Positions 28,101 to 36,736 of a stretch of DNA of 39,333 nucleotides are shown here, piece by piece. The position numbers were made by a program, and so were the translations under genes. Below the pieces are notes generated by a model, which did no database searches, had not been told where the DNA came from, and was given only the letters and a program-made list of their open reading frames with translations. Source of the DNA: Bacteriovoracaceae bacterium (GTDB lineage Bacteria; Bdellovibrionota; Bacteriovoracia; Bacteriovoracales; Bacteriovoracaceae). Numbering within the stretch: the first letter of the stretch is position 1; each line of letters opens with the position of its first letter. The stretch covers positions 62,001-101,333 of the forward strand of contig JABIHA010000087.1 in assembly GCA_018649885.1 (NCBI GenBank), read 5' to 3'.

Positions 28101-28385
28101 TTAAACGAGCTTACCCAGCTCGCTTTTTAAAACATCTACAATTTTTTGCTTAAAAGCATTAAGGAAAAAACCCACACTTAAATCAATTCCTAGTGAATCA
28201 TCCTGGAAATCAATTTTTAAATTAAATCCCTTCCCTGTGGCAAAAATCCCATGATAAGTATCATCGTAAGTCACATGAGCATTCACTTTAAATCTTTTTA
28301 AAGTTTCATCCGTGATGCTTTGACTTACTAAGCGGTAAGCATCTTCTTTGGTTTCAACTGTTTTATAGTAAACACGATTACTCAC
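28101..28385 (-). CDS. Small protein resembling the polyhydroxyalkanoic-acid-system (PHA_gran_rgn) family
   Basis: 94 aa with GKGF...IDLSVGFFLNAFKQKIVDVLKSELGKLV pattern. Family call by eye. Confidence 0.55.
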   Translation of the reverse strand: MSNRVYYKTVETKEDAYRLVSQSITDETLKRFKVNAHVTYDDTYHGIFATGKGFNLKIDFQDDSLGIDLSVGFFLNAFKQKIVDVLKSELGKLV

Positions 28386-28399
28386 TAGTATTCCCCCAA

Positions 28400-28867
28400 T
28401 TAATTTTCGCCTGTTGAGCCAAAACCACCAGCACCTCTTTCAGTATCACTCAAAGAAGCAACGCTCCTAAAGCGGGCCTGTGTGACCGGGGCCAACACTA
28501 GCTGGGCCACTCTGTCACCGTGGGAGATAAGCTCGTCCACTGCACCAAAGTTTCCCAAAATAACCTTAAGCTCACCCCTGTAATCAGAATCGATTGTTCC
28601 GGGTGAGTTAACCACTAATAAATTTGTCTTGAGTGACAGGCCCGATCTCGGTCTTACTTGAATTTCAAAGCCCACAGGAATTTCCATTGTAAGTCCCGTG
28701 GGAATCAAAACTCTTTTTCCAGGAGGAATCACAAGAGATTCTCCTGGTCCTAGACAGGCCCTGATGTCAGCTCCCGCCGCTCCTGCAGTTTGGTAAAACG
28801 GCAATTCAAGCGATGGATCAAAGTGATCACAGGGAGCTATTTTTACATCTATCAAGTTCTCAGTCAT
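28400..28867 (-). CDS. dut: dUTP diphosphatase
   Basis: AAGADI, QVRPRSGL, NSPGTIDSDYRGE, GDRVAQL and RGAGGFGSTG motifs. Confidence 0.97.
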   Translation of the reverse strand: MTENLIDVKIAPCDHFDPSLELPFYQTAGAAGADIRACLGPGESLVIPPGKRVLIPTGLTMEIPVGFEIQVRPRSGLSLKTNLLVVNSPGTIDSDYRGELKVILGNFGAVDELISHGDRVAQLVLAPVTQARFRSVASLSDTERGAGGFGSTGEN

Positions 28868-28869
28868 GG

Positions 28870-30993
28870 CTACTTTTTAGGCTCCAATCCTTTGATAGCT
28901 TTAGCAGAAAGTTTTACTTTTCCAAATCTATCAACATCAAGAATTCTAACTTTTACAGTGTCACCTTCTGATACATACTCGTTAACATCTTTAACACGTT
29001 CGTCACAAAATTCTGAAACGTGTAGAAGTCCAGAAATACCAGATCCAATCTCAACAAATGCGCCGTATTCTTTAACTGTTACGACTTTACCATCATAATC
29101 AGTTCCAATTTTTGGACCATTTAATACAAGATCAATCTCTTCTAAACATTCTTTCATTCTCTGAATATTTGTACCAATACATAGAACCTTGGCATCATCA
29201 TCAACTTCAATGCTGACATCAAATTCTTCTTGAAGTCTTCTAATAACCTTTCCACCAGGACCGATAAGGCCACCGATTTGATCTTGTTTAATTTGGATAG
29301 TTTCAATTTGTGGAACACCATCTTTCATTTCAGCTCTATGAGAAGATACAGTTTTGGCCATCTCTTCTAGAATATGCAATTTGCCTGTTTTGGCCTTAGC
29401 AAGTGCTTCTTTCAAAATAGCTTCAGAAATACCATCTATTTTAATATCCATTTGAATTGCAGAAATACCGTCTTTTGTACCTGCAACTTTAAAGTCCATA
29501 TCTCCTAGGTGATCTTCGTCCCCTAAGATATCTGTTAGGATAGCGTAATCATCGCCGTCTTTAATAAGACCCATGGCCACACCAGCAACTGGTGCTGTGA
29601 GAGGAACACCTGCATCCATCAAGGCCATTGAACCAGAACATACTGATCCCATTGAACTTGAACCATTACTTTCTAAGACTTCGCAGTTAACTCTAAGTGT
29701 GTATGGAAAATCAGCAACATCAGGAAGAACCTTTTTAATTGCTCTTTCAGCAAGGTTTCCGTGTCCAACTTCTCTTCTTCCTACGCCTCTATAACCACGA
29801 GCTTCGCCCACACAAAAAGGAGCAAAAGTGTAATGAAGGTAAAACTTAGTAGTATCAAGGCCGTGAAGCCTATCTCTCATTTGTGTCCCTTCTTTTCCAC
29901 CCATTGTTACTGCTGCGAGAACTTGAGTCTCGCCTCTAGTAAACAGTGAAGAGCCGTGAACTTTATCAAGAACAGAGTTTTCAGTTTCAATTTCTCTTAC
30001 AACATCAAGACCTCTGCCTCCAATTCTTTTTCCTTCCTTTAAAATATCATTTCTCATCATATTATATAAAAGTACATCGAGAGCAAAATGGGCCTCTTTA
30101 CCAGCACTCGCACCCTCTTCAAGGCCAAAAGCTGCTAAGTCTTCTTTAATTACACCGCTTATTTTCTTTTCAAGATTGTAAATTGCATCTTGTCTTTCCA
30201 TTTTCGGCGTAAAGTTGAGGCATTCTCTAGCTTCACCTGAGTAGTCACTAGTAACCTTTTCCATTAATTTTTTATGGGGCTCAACAACTGTAAAATCCCT
30301 CTTTGTTCTACCTACTTCACTGACCATAGTGTCTACAAGAGCACAAAAATCTTTGATATTTTTTTGAGCAAACATAATAGCTTCAAGCATTTCGTCTTCA
30401 CTAATGAGGTTAGCTTCACCTTCGACCATTAAGATGGCCTCTTTTGAAGCAGAAACAACAAGCTCAAGAGATGAGCTTTCGAGTTCTTCATTGGAAGGAT
30501 TCAAAGTTAGAGCGCCATCAATCTTGCCTACTTTACAAAAGCCAACAGGTCCTTTGAAAGGAATATCTGAAATGGCGAGTGCTGCTGCAGCTCCAAGTCC
30601 AGCAAGGACTTGAGGGTCTGAGCTTTTATCAAAAGACACAACTTGCGCCATGATAATGGTTTCGCACATATATCCATCAGGGAAGAGTGGTCTAAAGGGT
30701 CTGTCGACCATTCTCATTAAAAGGATTTCATGATCCCCTGGTCTTCCTTCTCTTTTCATATACCCACCAAGGAATTTCCCGGCTGAGTAAAATTTCTCTT
30801 TGTAATCAACTAATAGTGGAAAGAAATCTTGGCCTTGTGGTGCTTCTTTAGCAGAGCAAACAGTCACAAGAACTTGTGTTCCTCCAGATGAGACAAGAAC
30901 GGCACCGTCTGCTTGTTTGGCCATTCTTCCAGTTTCTAGTGTGAGATCTTTTCCACCGTAGTTAAGGTGATACTCACGCTTTCCTTCATTCAT
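28870..30993 (-). CDS. pnp: Polyribonucleotide nucleotidyltransferase
   Basis: ETGRMAKQADG, DFFPL, GSSLFTRGETQ, RREVGHG, ESNGSSSM, EDHLGDMDFKVAG, KH domain (IGPGGK) and S1 domain. Confidence 0.98.
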   Translation of the reverse strand: MNEGKREYHLNYGGKDLTLETGRMAKQADGAVLVSSGGTQVLVTVCSAKEAPQGQDFFPLLVDYKEKFYSAGKFLGGYMKREGRPGDHEILLMRMVDRPFRPLFPDGYMCETIIMAQVVSFDKSSDPQVLAGLGAAAALAISDIPFKGPVGFCKVGKIDGALTLNPSNEELESSSLELVVSASKEAILMVEGEANLISEDEMLEAIMFAQKNIKDFCALVDTMVSEVGRTKRDFTVVEPHKKLMEKVTSDYSGEARECLNFTPKMERQDAIYNLEKKISGVIKEDLAAFGLEEGASAGKEAHFALDVLLYNMMRNDILKEGKRIGGRGLDVVREIETENSVLDKVHGSSLFTRGETQVLAAVTMGGKEGTQMRDRLHGLDTTKFYLHYTFAPFCVGEARGYRGVGRREVGHGNLAERAIKKVLPDVADFPYTLRVNCEVLESNGSSSMGSVCSGSMALMDAGVPLTAPVAGVAMGLIKDGDDYAILTDILGDEDHLGDMDFKVAGTKDGISAIQMDIKIDGISEAILKEALAKAKTGKLHILEEMAKTVSSHRAEMKDGVPQIETIQIKQDQIGGLIGPGGKVIRRLQEEFDVSIEVDDDAKVLCIGTNIQRMKECLEEIDLVLNGPKIGTDYDGKVVTVKEYGAFVEIGSGISGLLHVSEFCDERVKDVNEYVSEGDTVKVRILDVDRFGKVKLSAKAIKGLEPKK

Positions 30994-31006
30994 ACATTCT
31001 CCGTTT

Positions 31007-31041
31007 TTGAATATTCCTCAATCTCGAATTGGGATATTCAA
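31007..31041 (-). promoter_or_regulatory. Hairpin immediately 5' of the pnp RBS
   Basis: Minus strand TTGAATATCCCAAT-TCGAG-ATTGAGGAATATTCAA, followed by AAACGGAGAATGT-ATG. Confidence 0.6.
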
Positions 31042-31063
31042 TAAGTTTTTAAAATTAAATTTT

Positions 31064-31180
31064 GAGTGAGGTTCTGCTTTTGGAATTTTCAGCAGTAGTT
31101 AAGGATATAAGTCAAAATAGTCAGGGGACTCATTTCACCTATATCTTTAACGTCAAGAAAGCCCAAAGCTCCACTCACCC
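31064..31180 (-). promoter_or_regulatory. Long imperfect stem-loop in the pnp 5' leader (candidate RNase III site)
   Basis: Paired segments GGGTGAG/CTCACTC, GCTTTGGG/TTCCAAAAGC and GTTAAAGATATAGGT/ACTTATATCCTTAAC. Same position as the RNase III stem of E. coli pnp. Confidence 0.75.
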
Positions 31181-31184
31181 GCAC

Positions 31185-31193
31185 ATTATATCA
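31185..31193 (-). promoter_or_regulatory. Extended -10 sigma70 promoter for pnp (TGaTATAAT)
   Basis: Perfect TGnTATAAT on the minus strand. The predicted start falls at the base of the long stem. Confidence 0.7.
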
Positions 31194-31204
31194 TCAATAG
31201 TTAT

Positions 31205-31226
31205 GGGGGACCATTGCTAGCCCCCC
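31205..31226 (-). terminator. GC-rich GCAA-tetraloop hairpin after rpsO (no U-tract; weak terminator or 3' stabiliser)
   Basis: GGGGGGCTA-GCAA-TGGTCCCCC, 14 nt after the rpsO stop. Confidence 0.55.
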
Positions 31227-31240
31227 TCACCATTTTATTA

Positions 31241-31507
31241 TTATTTTCTAAGCCCTAGCTCTTTAATAATGGCCTGATAACGCGAAACGTCTTTTTTGGT
31301 CAAATATTGTAAAAGAGATTTTCTTCTACCAATTAGCTTTAAAAGACCAAGTTTTGAATGATGGTCGTGCTTATTGGCACTAAAGTGAGGCATTAAGTTG
31401 TTAATTCTTTTAGTCATAATCGCAATTTGAACTTCTGGAGATCCAGAGTCATTTTCGCTACGTCCAAATTTTTTAACGATTTCTTTTGTTTCTTCTGTGG
31501 TGATCAT
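31241..31507 (-). CDS. rpsO: 30S ribosomal protein S15
   Basis: DSGSPEVQIA, HDHHSKLGLLKLIGRRKSLL, LGLRK; located upstream of pnp. Confidence 0.98.
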   Translation of the reverse strand: MITTEETKEIVKKFGRSENDSGSPEVQIAIMTKRINNLMPHFSANKHDHHSKLGLLKLIGRRKSLLQYLTKKDVSRYQAIIKELGLRK

Positions 31508-31602
31508 TTTCTTTCTCCGTTTCCCAAGTCTTTCAGAACAAAAACCTAGAAGAGGAATAGATCCATGGTTAAGACGGATCAGGGGTTATAGTTTAGCCAT
31601 AT

Positions 31603-32697
31603 CTATCTAATAAAATCAGACATGTAAACCTTTAATTTTTTAAGGAGTCTCTCCTCAATCTGCCGAATTCTCTCTCTGCTGACCCCGTATTCATTGGCGA
31701 TAGACTGGAGTGATGGCGGAACCTCGGTAAGTAGTCGTTTTTTAAAAATTTCTTTGTCTCTTTCTTTAAGTGAAGACACAAAGCCTTGGAGGTTTGATTG
31801 AAGAATTTCAAGTCCCTGCTCATCTGCAAGCTTTTCGTCAAAGGGTGTTTCACTCGATGCCAAAAGATCCTCAAACCTAGCAGAATCTCCATCCTTACTA
31901 ATGGGCCTTGACAACGAAACTTCCCCGCCATGGGGCCCGAGTCTCTCCTCCATGATATTCACAGCTTTTTCGGAAACACCTAAATTCTCAGAAAGAGTTT
32001 TGGTATCAGACGGCAAGTCCAGCTGCTTGAGCCGGTTTTTTTCTTTCATCAAATTATAAAATAGCTTTTTTTGATCGGCAGTAGTTCCAATTTTTACCAA
32101 ATGAAAGTTGTCGATGATAAATTTTAGGATGTAGGACTTAATCCACCAACTAGCATAATAGCTGAGCTTGGCCCCTTTTTCTGGATCATACTTAGAGACG
32201 GCCTTCATTAGACCAATATTTCCCTCTTGGATCAAATCTAAGACATTTTTGTAGGCATGGCGATACTCCATGGCAATTTTCACTACAAGTCGCAAATTGG
32301 CCTTAACAAGCTTTTTCGCAACATCGATATTGCCAGTCTCCACCAACTCTTTTGTTAAGCTCTGCTCTTCTTCTATAGAGAGAAGCCCATATGTACCAAC
32401 CTCTTTGAGATAAATGGCCAGAGGATCTTGAAGGGATGGACCGGAAATATCTAAATCTTTGTCGAGTGAGACGGCCGGGGTAAAGTCTTCCCTCACTGTC
32501 AAAGTTGTATCGAAATCAGCTATCTCCTCTTCTACCAGGATCGCTTCATCATTTTCATTTTCATTTTCATTTTCATTTTCATTTTCATGCTCAGTGCAAG
32601 GCCTTGCAGGATCTTGTTCAGCGGGCAATACTTCTACCTCACAGACCTTAGTCTTTAAGGGCTTTTCTTTTTTAGTATCTGTCTTTTTTTTGCTCAT
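31603..32697 (-). CDS. rpoH: RNA polymerase sigma factor, RpoH (sigma32) type
   Basis: Region 2 ANLRLVVKIA, DLIQEGNIGLMKAV and YASWWIK; RpoH-box-like QKKLFYNL; region 4 LQSIANEYGVSRERIRQIE. Confidence 0.85.
   Translation of the reverse strand: MSKKKTDTKKEKPLKTKVCEVEVLPAEQDPARPCTEHENENENENENENDEAILVEEEIADFDTTLTVREDFTPAVSLDKDLDISGPSLQDPLAIYLKEVGTYGLLSIEEEQSLTKELVETGNIDVAKKLVKANLRLVVKIAMEYRHAYKNVLDLIQEGNIGLMKAVSKYDPEKGAKLSYYASWWIKSYILKFIIDNFHLVKIGTTADQKKLFYNLMKEKNRLKQLDLPSDTKTLSENLGVSEKAVNIMEERLGPHGGEVSLSRPISKDGDSARFEDLLASSETPFDEKLADEQGLEILQSNLQGFVSSLKERDKEIFKKRLLTEVPPSLQSIANEYGVSRERIRQIEERLLKKLKVYMSDFIR
32551..32586. repeat. Perfect hexanucleotide microsatellite (ATTTTC)x6 encoding (EN)6 in the rpoH N-terminus
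   Basis: Counted directly from sequence. Confidence 0.95.
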
Positions 32698-32775
32698 ATC
32701 TTAACCTAATTTTCTACGGGTTTATACATGAAACAATGGGCGTTGTCTGCTAGCAAACAAGCGAGACGTGGTGCA

Positions 32776-34452
32776 CTAGATTTCAATTTCTGGAAAGCCC
32801 CTCTCAGACTTAAAGCGGTAATTTATATACTTTAGGGCGAATACCCCATAGCGGAAAATCACAGGAATCTTTAGGCTAGAGTTGTCCACTGTGAAGAAAT
32901 AGTCCCCAGAGTAAGCCGACATTTGTGACACCAAGTCATTGGCTATCAGCTGGGCCAAATCTCCCTGCCAGGGAGGCACAATGAATTTTGATTTATTTTT
33001 TTCCAGTTGAGGAGCGATATGCGCCCTTAAGGCCTTGGTAATATTTTTTCTTTTTCTCTTGTCTCTAGGATCAGATTTATTCCATTCGGAAATAACCCAA
33101 TTCACAAAATTCTTACGAAGCATGATGTCCATCGATAATTTAATTTTCCCAGTGCCATCAACTGACTTATCCCACTCTCCTAAATTAACATCATACTCAA
33201 CAGCGAAGAGCTCGCTGATGGTAATTGTTGATAAGAATTCACGTTTCTTTTTAATTTTATCTAATGTAATTGATTCTTCAAAATTTACTTCCGTTGAAAA
33301 ATTTTTTATCCCTTTAAAGGCCCAACGATTAAAAGACTCATCAAAAGAAGAAGTGAAATATTTCAAAGACTTTTGGTAATTACCTGAACGGATGAAAAAA
33401 TCGGGAAATCCAGTTAATAAACTAACAAATTGTGAACTCATAATAATCTCATAATCTACTGTTCTGTTGTCGATCCACTCACCTATGGTAGGCTCTACAA
33501 TGTCGCGTGGATAAGTGACATCTCTAAAGCGTTTACAATACAATCTATCGAGTTCTGTTTTCAGATCAATAAACCCCATGGACTTAGGAAAATCATCAAT
33601 GAATTGATTAGGAGTAGTCTTTCGACACAGAAATCCGATACAACTAACTTTAGTTGTGTCAATATCGGCCTTTGTTAAAATTCTACCTGTTTGATCGTCG
33701 ATAAAAATTTTGGCACCCTCTAAATTTCTATTCACAAAGGCCATGATTTGCGGATTTCTTAATAACGGAGGAAGTACTCTAAAATCTTTTACATCCCCAC
33801 CCCATGAACAAAATGCCTTAAAAAGATCAACTGTTACATAGAGCTCTCTTTCAATAGATTTGGTATCTTCAGAAAATTTTGAAAGTAAAATAGGAAAGTA
33901 CTTATTGCCTGCATAAGTAGGAAGTGGAAACTCCACCTTTGAGTCATATTTTTCTAAAAAATACTTCTTCAAATGCTGTTTACTAATAACACTTAAATTT
34001 TTAGAGCAATAATTTACTAAGTTATGTGACAAAATATCGACTTTTTTTCTACTAAGGTTCATTCTCTTGGTGTATTCAACAATCGCCCTTGTAGTAACAT
34101 CAAGACCTATATATTGAAGAGTCGCACCAACTGATCTCAAGGCATTTTGCTCTGAGCTTATTGTCGGATATTCAATTTCATCATACTTAGAGCATCGATT
34201 TTTTAAGTTTTCACCTTCCCAATAAAACCCTACGTATTTCCTCAAGTGCAACATCTGGGAATCGAGTTTCTGGACTTTTCTTGTTTTACTGTCAGGTCTA
34301 AAAACATACGCTAGCGGATCATGGGTTTTGGTTTCTTCAAACTCTCCAAAGATAAGACTATCAAGCGGTTGAAGACCCCACAAAGGGCCTGCGAAAAGCA
34401 GTGGATAGACTAGAAGAATTCTTCTAAGATGTTTCTCTGAAAAGAATTTCAC
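32776..34452 (-). CDS. Secreted hypothetical protein with several Cys
   Basis: 558-aa ORF, GTG start with RBS AAGGAG, signal-peptide-like N-terminus. Confidence 0.75.
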   Translation of the reverse strand: MKFFSEKHLRRILLVYPLLFAGPLWGLQPLDSLIFGEFEETKTHDPLAYVFRPDSKTRKVQKLDSQMLHLRKYVGFYWEGENLKNRCSKYDEIEYPTISSEQNALRSVGATLQYIGLDVTTRAIVEYTKRMNLSRKKVDILSHNLVNYCSKNLSVISKQHLKKYFLEKYDSKVEFPLPTYAGNKYFPILLSKFSEDTKSIERELYVTVDLFKAFCSWGGDVKDFRVLPPLLRNPQIMAFVNRNLEGAKIFIDDQTGRILTKADIDTTKVSCIGFLCRKTTPNQFIDDFPKSMGFIDLKTELDRLYCKRFRDVTYPRDIVEPTIGEWIDNRTVDYEIIMSSQFVSLLTGFPDFFIRSGNYQKSLKYFTSSFDESFNRWAFKGIKNFSTEVNFEESITLDKIKKKREFLSTITISELFAVEYDVNLGEWDKSVDGTGKIKLSMDIMLRKNFVNWVISEWNKSDPRDKRKRKNITKALRAHIAPQLEKNKSKFIVPPWQGDLAQLIANDLVSQMSAYSGDYFFTVDNSSLKIPVIFRYGVFALKYINYRFKSERGFPEIEI

Positions 34453-34478
34453 CCTCGCTCCTTAATGATAAAATCTTT

Positions 34479-34512
34479 TAAATTCTATCGGCAAATCTAC
34501 CGATTATATTTA
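34479..34512. promoter_or_regulatory. Overlapping divergent sigma28-like promoter pair
   Basis: Minus strand: TAAA (34512-34509)-N16-GCCGATAG (34492-34485). Plus strand: TAAA (34479-34482)-N16-ACCGATTA (34499-34506). Confidence 0.65.
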
Positions 34513-34513
34513 C

Positions 34514-35938
34514 ATGAAAATCTTTACTTACCATATCTTGACTATAGTGATCAGTTACCTCTTTACTGCTTCGGTAATCGCAAAGTCTCACTATCAAAAT
34601 TTTCGCTGGGATAATCTTAGCAAGCTCGATATACAAGAAAAGCAACAAGGCATTGAAATTGATCAAAAAGTTAAAAATCTAAAATTTCTTAAAGAGGCAA
34701 AATATTTTTTGATATCTGGCAATATTAACAAGGCAGAAAATCGACTAGTAAGAGTTTCTAATATTGGATCAAGTTGGAAAATCCGAGATCGCTATCTGGC
34801 GATTGTTTATTACCTGAAAGGAGAATTTCAAAAAAGCCTTAATCTATTAAGCGGTGATGACAAGAGAACATCAAGCTACTTAAACCAAACTTGCCTACTC
34901 AAGGCACTTAACGCTATTGCCCTTAGAGACAAAAAGGATATGAGAATTGATTTTAGTCTGTGTAAAATCTACTTGGAAAAACACAGCCAGACAGAAGTTT
35001 TTTGGCCTGACTATATTATGCAGATATATTTTCAAGACAACTACTACCTCGATGGAGAACCCATCCGGAAAGTCACTAAATTCATGCACACAAATGAGCT
35101 ACTTAAAATTTGGCTAAAGTTAGCGCTCTTGTTTAAAAAAGAAGGTCTTGTAAAAAAAGAGCTCCCATTCATCCCTGCCGAAGCATATGAGCAAGACAAG
35201 GTCAGAGAGCTAATGGCACTGGTATTTTATCGCCTCGGAAAAATCAAAGAGGCATTAAAATACATTGAAGATATAAGTACTCCCAATGCTGAAAACCTAA
35301 AAGGCACATTCTATTTAAAAAAGAAACAGTACGAACTTGCTTATGGACACTTTCAATTGGCCTTGAAACAAAAGAGAAACTCCTCAATCGCAATTGAAAG
35401 GTCTCTACCGTTAAGTTGGATACTAAAAGAATACGAAAATGGTCACACCCTTTCCCAGCAAATTAAGCCAAAGAGTGGTGAAAATTACCTTGAGAAGATG
35501 GCACTGACTTCAGCATTTTTAGTAAAGCTAAACCTTCATAAAGATGCCAAAAAATCACTACTACAACTAAATGGCCATTATAATCAAAATATTCCGGTAG
35601 AAGTCTCTCAGCTCAATTACGTCAATGCCATAATGCTCAAAGACAGAAATAGAGCGGCCAGATATACCAGAAAGGCGTGTGAGAAGTATGACGCCGTTGC
35701 ATGCCAAACACAATTATTCTTAGCGCTTTGGCCAGACTTTACCAAGGCAATTCACCTTGATGAAGATATTATTAGTGAAGATAAGAAAGTTAGTTGGGAT
35801 AAGTTAATTGGCCAGAAACAAACTTTTAGTTTACAAGAAAGTGTCTATATCGATCAGGAAAATATAGAAGAAATGGATGAAGCACTAATAAAAATTCGTC
35901 CTGACCAAAGTGACTTTGATGTCAAAGAAGAACTCTAA
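34514..35938 (+). CDS. Secreted tetratricopeptide-repeat-like protein
   Basis: Signal peptide and TPR-like helices (YLAIVYYLKGEFQKSL, LMALVFYRLGKIKEAL, LKGTFYLKKKQYELAYGHFQLAL). Confidence 0.75.
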   Translation: MKIFTYHILTIVISYLFTASVIAKSHYQNFRWDNLSKLDIQEKQQGIEIDQKVKNLKFLKEAKYFLISGNINKAENRLVRVSNIGSSWKIRDRYLAIVYYLKGEFQKSLNLLSGDDKRTSSYLNQTCLLKALNAIALRDKKDMRIDFSLCKIYLEKHSQTEVFWPDYIMQIYFQDNYYLDGEPIRKVTKFMHTNELLKIWLKLALLFKKEGLVKKELPFIPAEAYEQDKVRELMALVFYRLGKIKEALKYIEDISTPNAENLKGTFYLKKKQYELAYGHFQLALKQKRNSSIAIERSLPLSWILKEYENGHTLSQQIKPKSGENYLEKMALTSAFLVKLNLHKDAKKSLLQLNGHYNQNIPVEVSQLNYVNAIMLKDRNRAARYTRKACEKYDAVACQTQLFLALWPDFTKAIHLDEDIISEDKKVSWDKLIGQKQTFSLQESVYIDQENIEEMDEALIKIRPDQSDFDVKEEL

Positions 35939-36734
35939 AATCTGCCAACTTTATTTTAATTTTATTAGAATTGAAAACCAGTTACATTTATATTTGGAAA
36001 ATGGCGAAATCCCCACGACAAAGAACCAACTAGGTGGCGATTTGACCAAACTCAGAGATCCACTCGTTCCAGAAAATTTTGAAATTTTTCTTTCAAATAC
36101 TGCAAGTTTAAATGAGCAGAACTATGTTAGCATCGCCTGCTTGCCCGAGTTTTCAAAAGAGCAAAATAGATGCCTGCTAATCGCTATTAGCGAAATCAGT
36201 CCACTTGGAATTGCACACAATACCCAGTATCAAAAACTCATTATCTATGGCGGAAGTTTTAATCCACTGCATGTTGGCCATATTGAATGTATCAGGCAAG
36301 GTCTCAAAATTGGCAATGTGGTTGTAGTTCCAGACCATAATCCTCAAAAAGAGTTAGAAAAGATTGATCTATATAGCGTTGTGAAAAAAATAGCAGAGAA
36401 ACTGCCACATAAAAATCTTCATTTTTATCTCAAATTTGCACTTTGTGCTGTACCAAACCCAACGGTCAACTGGCTTCCACAAATCAATTGTGAGCAAAAA
36501 TACCTATTGATTGGAGACGATTCGTTTTACAATATCCACTCTTGGGTTGATTTCGCTAATTTAATTACTTCACTTAAGGGAATCTATATAGTGCCTCGTA
36601 TTTGTAACGAAGTGGCCTTTGGAAAAACAAGAGAGCTTCTCTTAGAGATAAAACCTGACCTTGAAATAGTAGCACTCGAAACTCATAAGCACCAAAGCAC
36701 TAGCTCCACAAAACTTAGGGACGACCCCCAATAA
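35910..36734 (+). CDS. nadD: Nicotinate-nucleotide adenylyltransferase (NadD-like, HxGH family) with an N-terminal extension
   Basis: IYGGSFNPLHVGH, NPQK, LLIGDDSFYNIHSW and SSTKLR motifs. Start may be the ATG at 35919. Confidence 0.75.
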   Translation: MTLMSKKNSKICQLYFNFIRIENQLHLYLENGEIPTTKNQLGGDLTKLRDPLVPENFEIFLSNTASLNEQNYVSIACLPEFSKEQNRCLLIAISEISPLGIAHNTQYQKLIIYGGSFNPLHVGHIECIRQGLKIGNVVVVPDHNPQKELEKIDLYSVVKKIAEKLPHKNLHFYLKFALCAVPNPTVNWLPQINCEQKYLLIGDDSFYNIHSWVDFANLITSLKGIYIVPRICNEVAFGKTRELLLEIKPDLEIVALETHKHQSTSSTKLRDDPQ

Positions 36735-36736
36735 AA

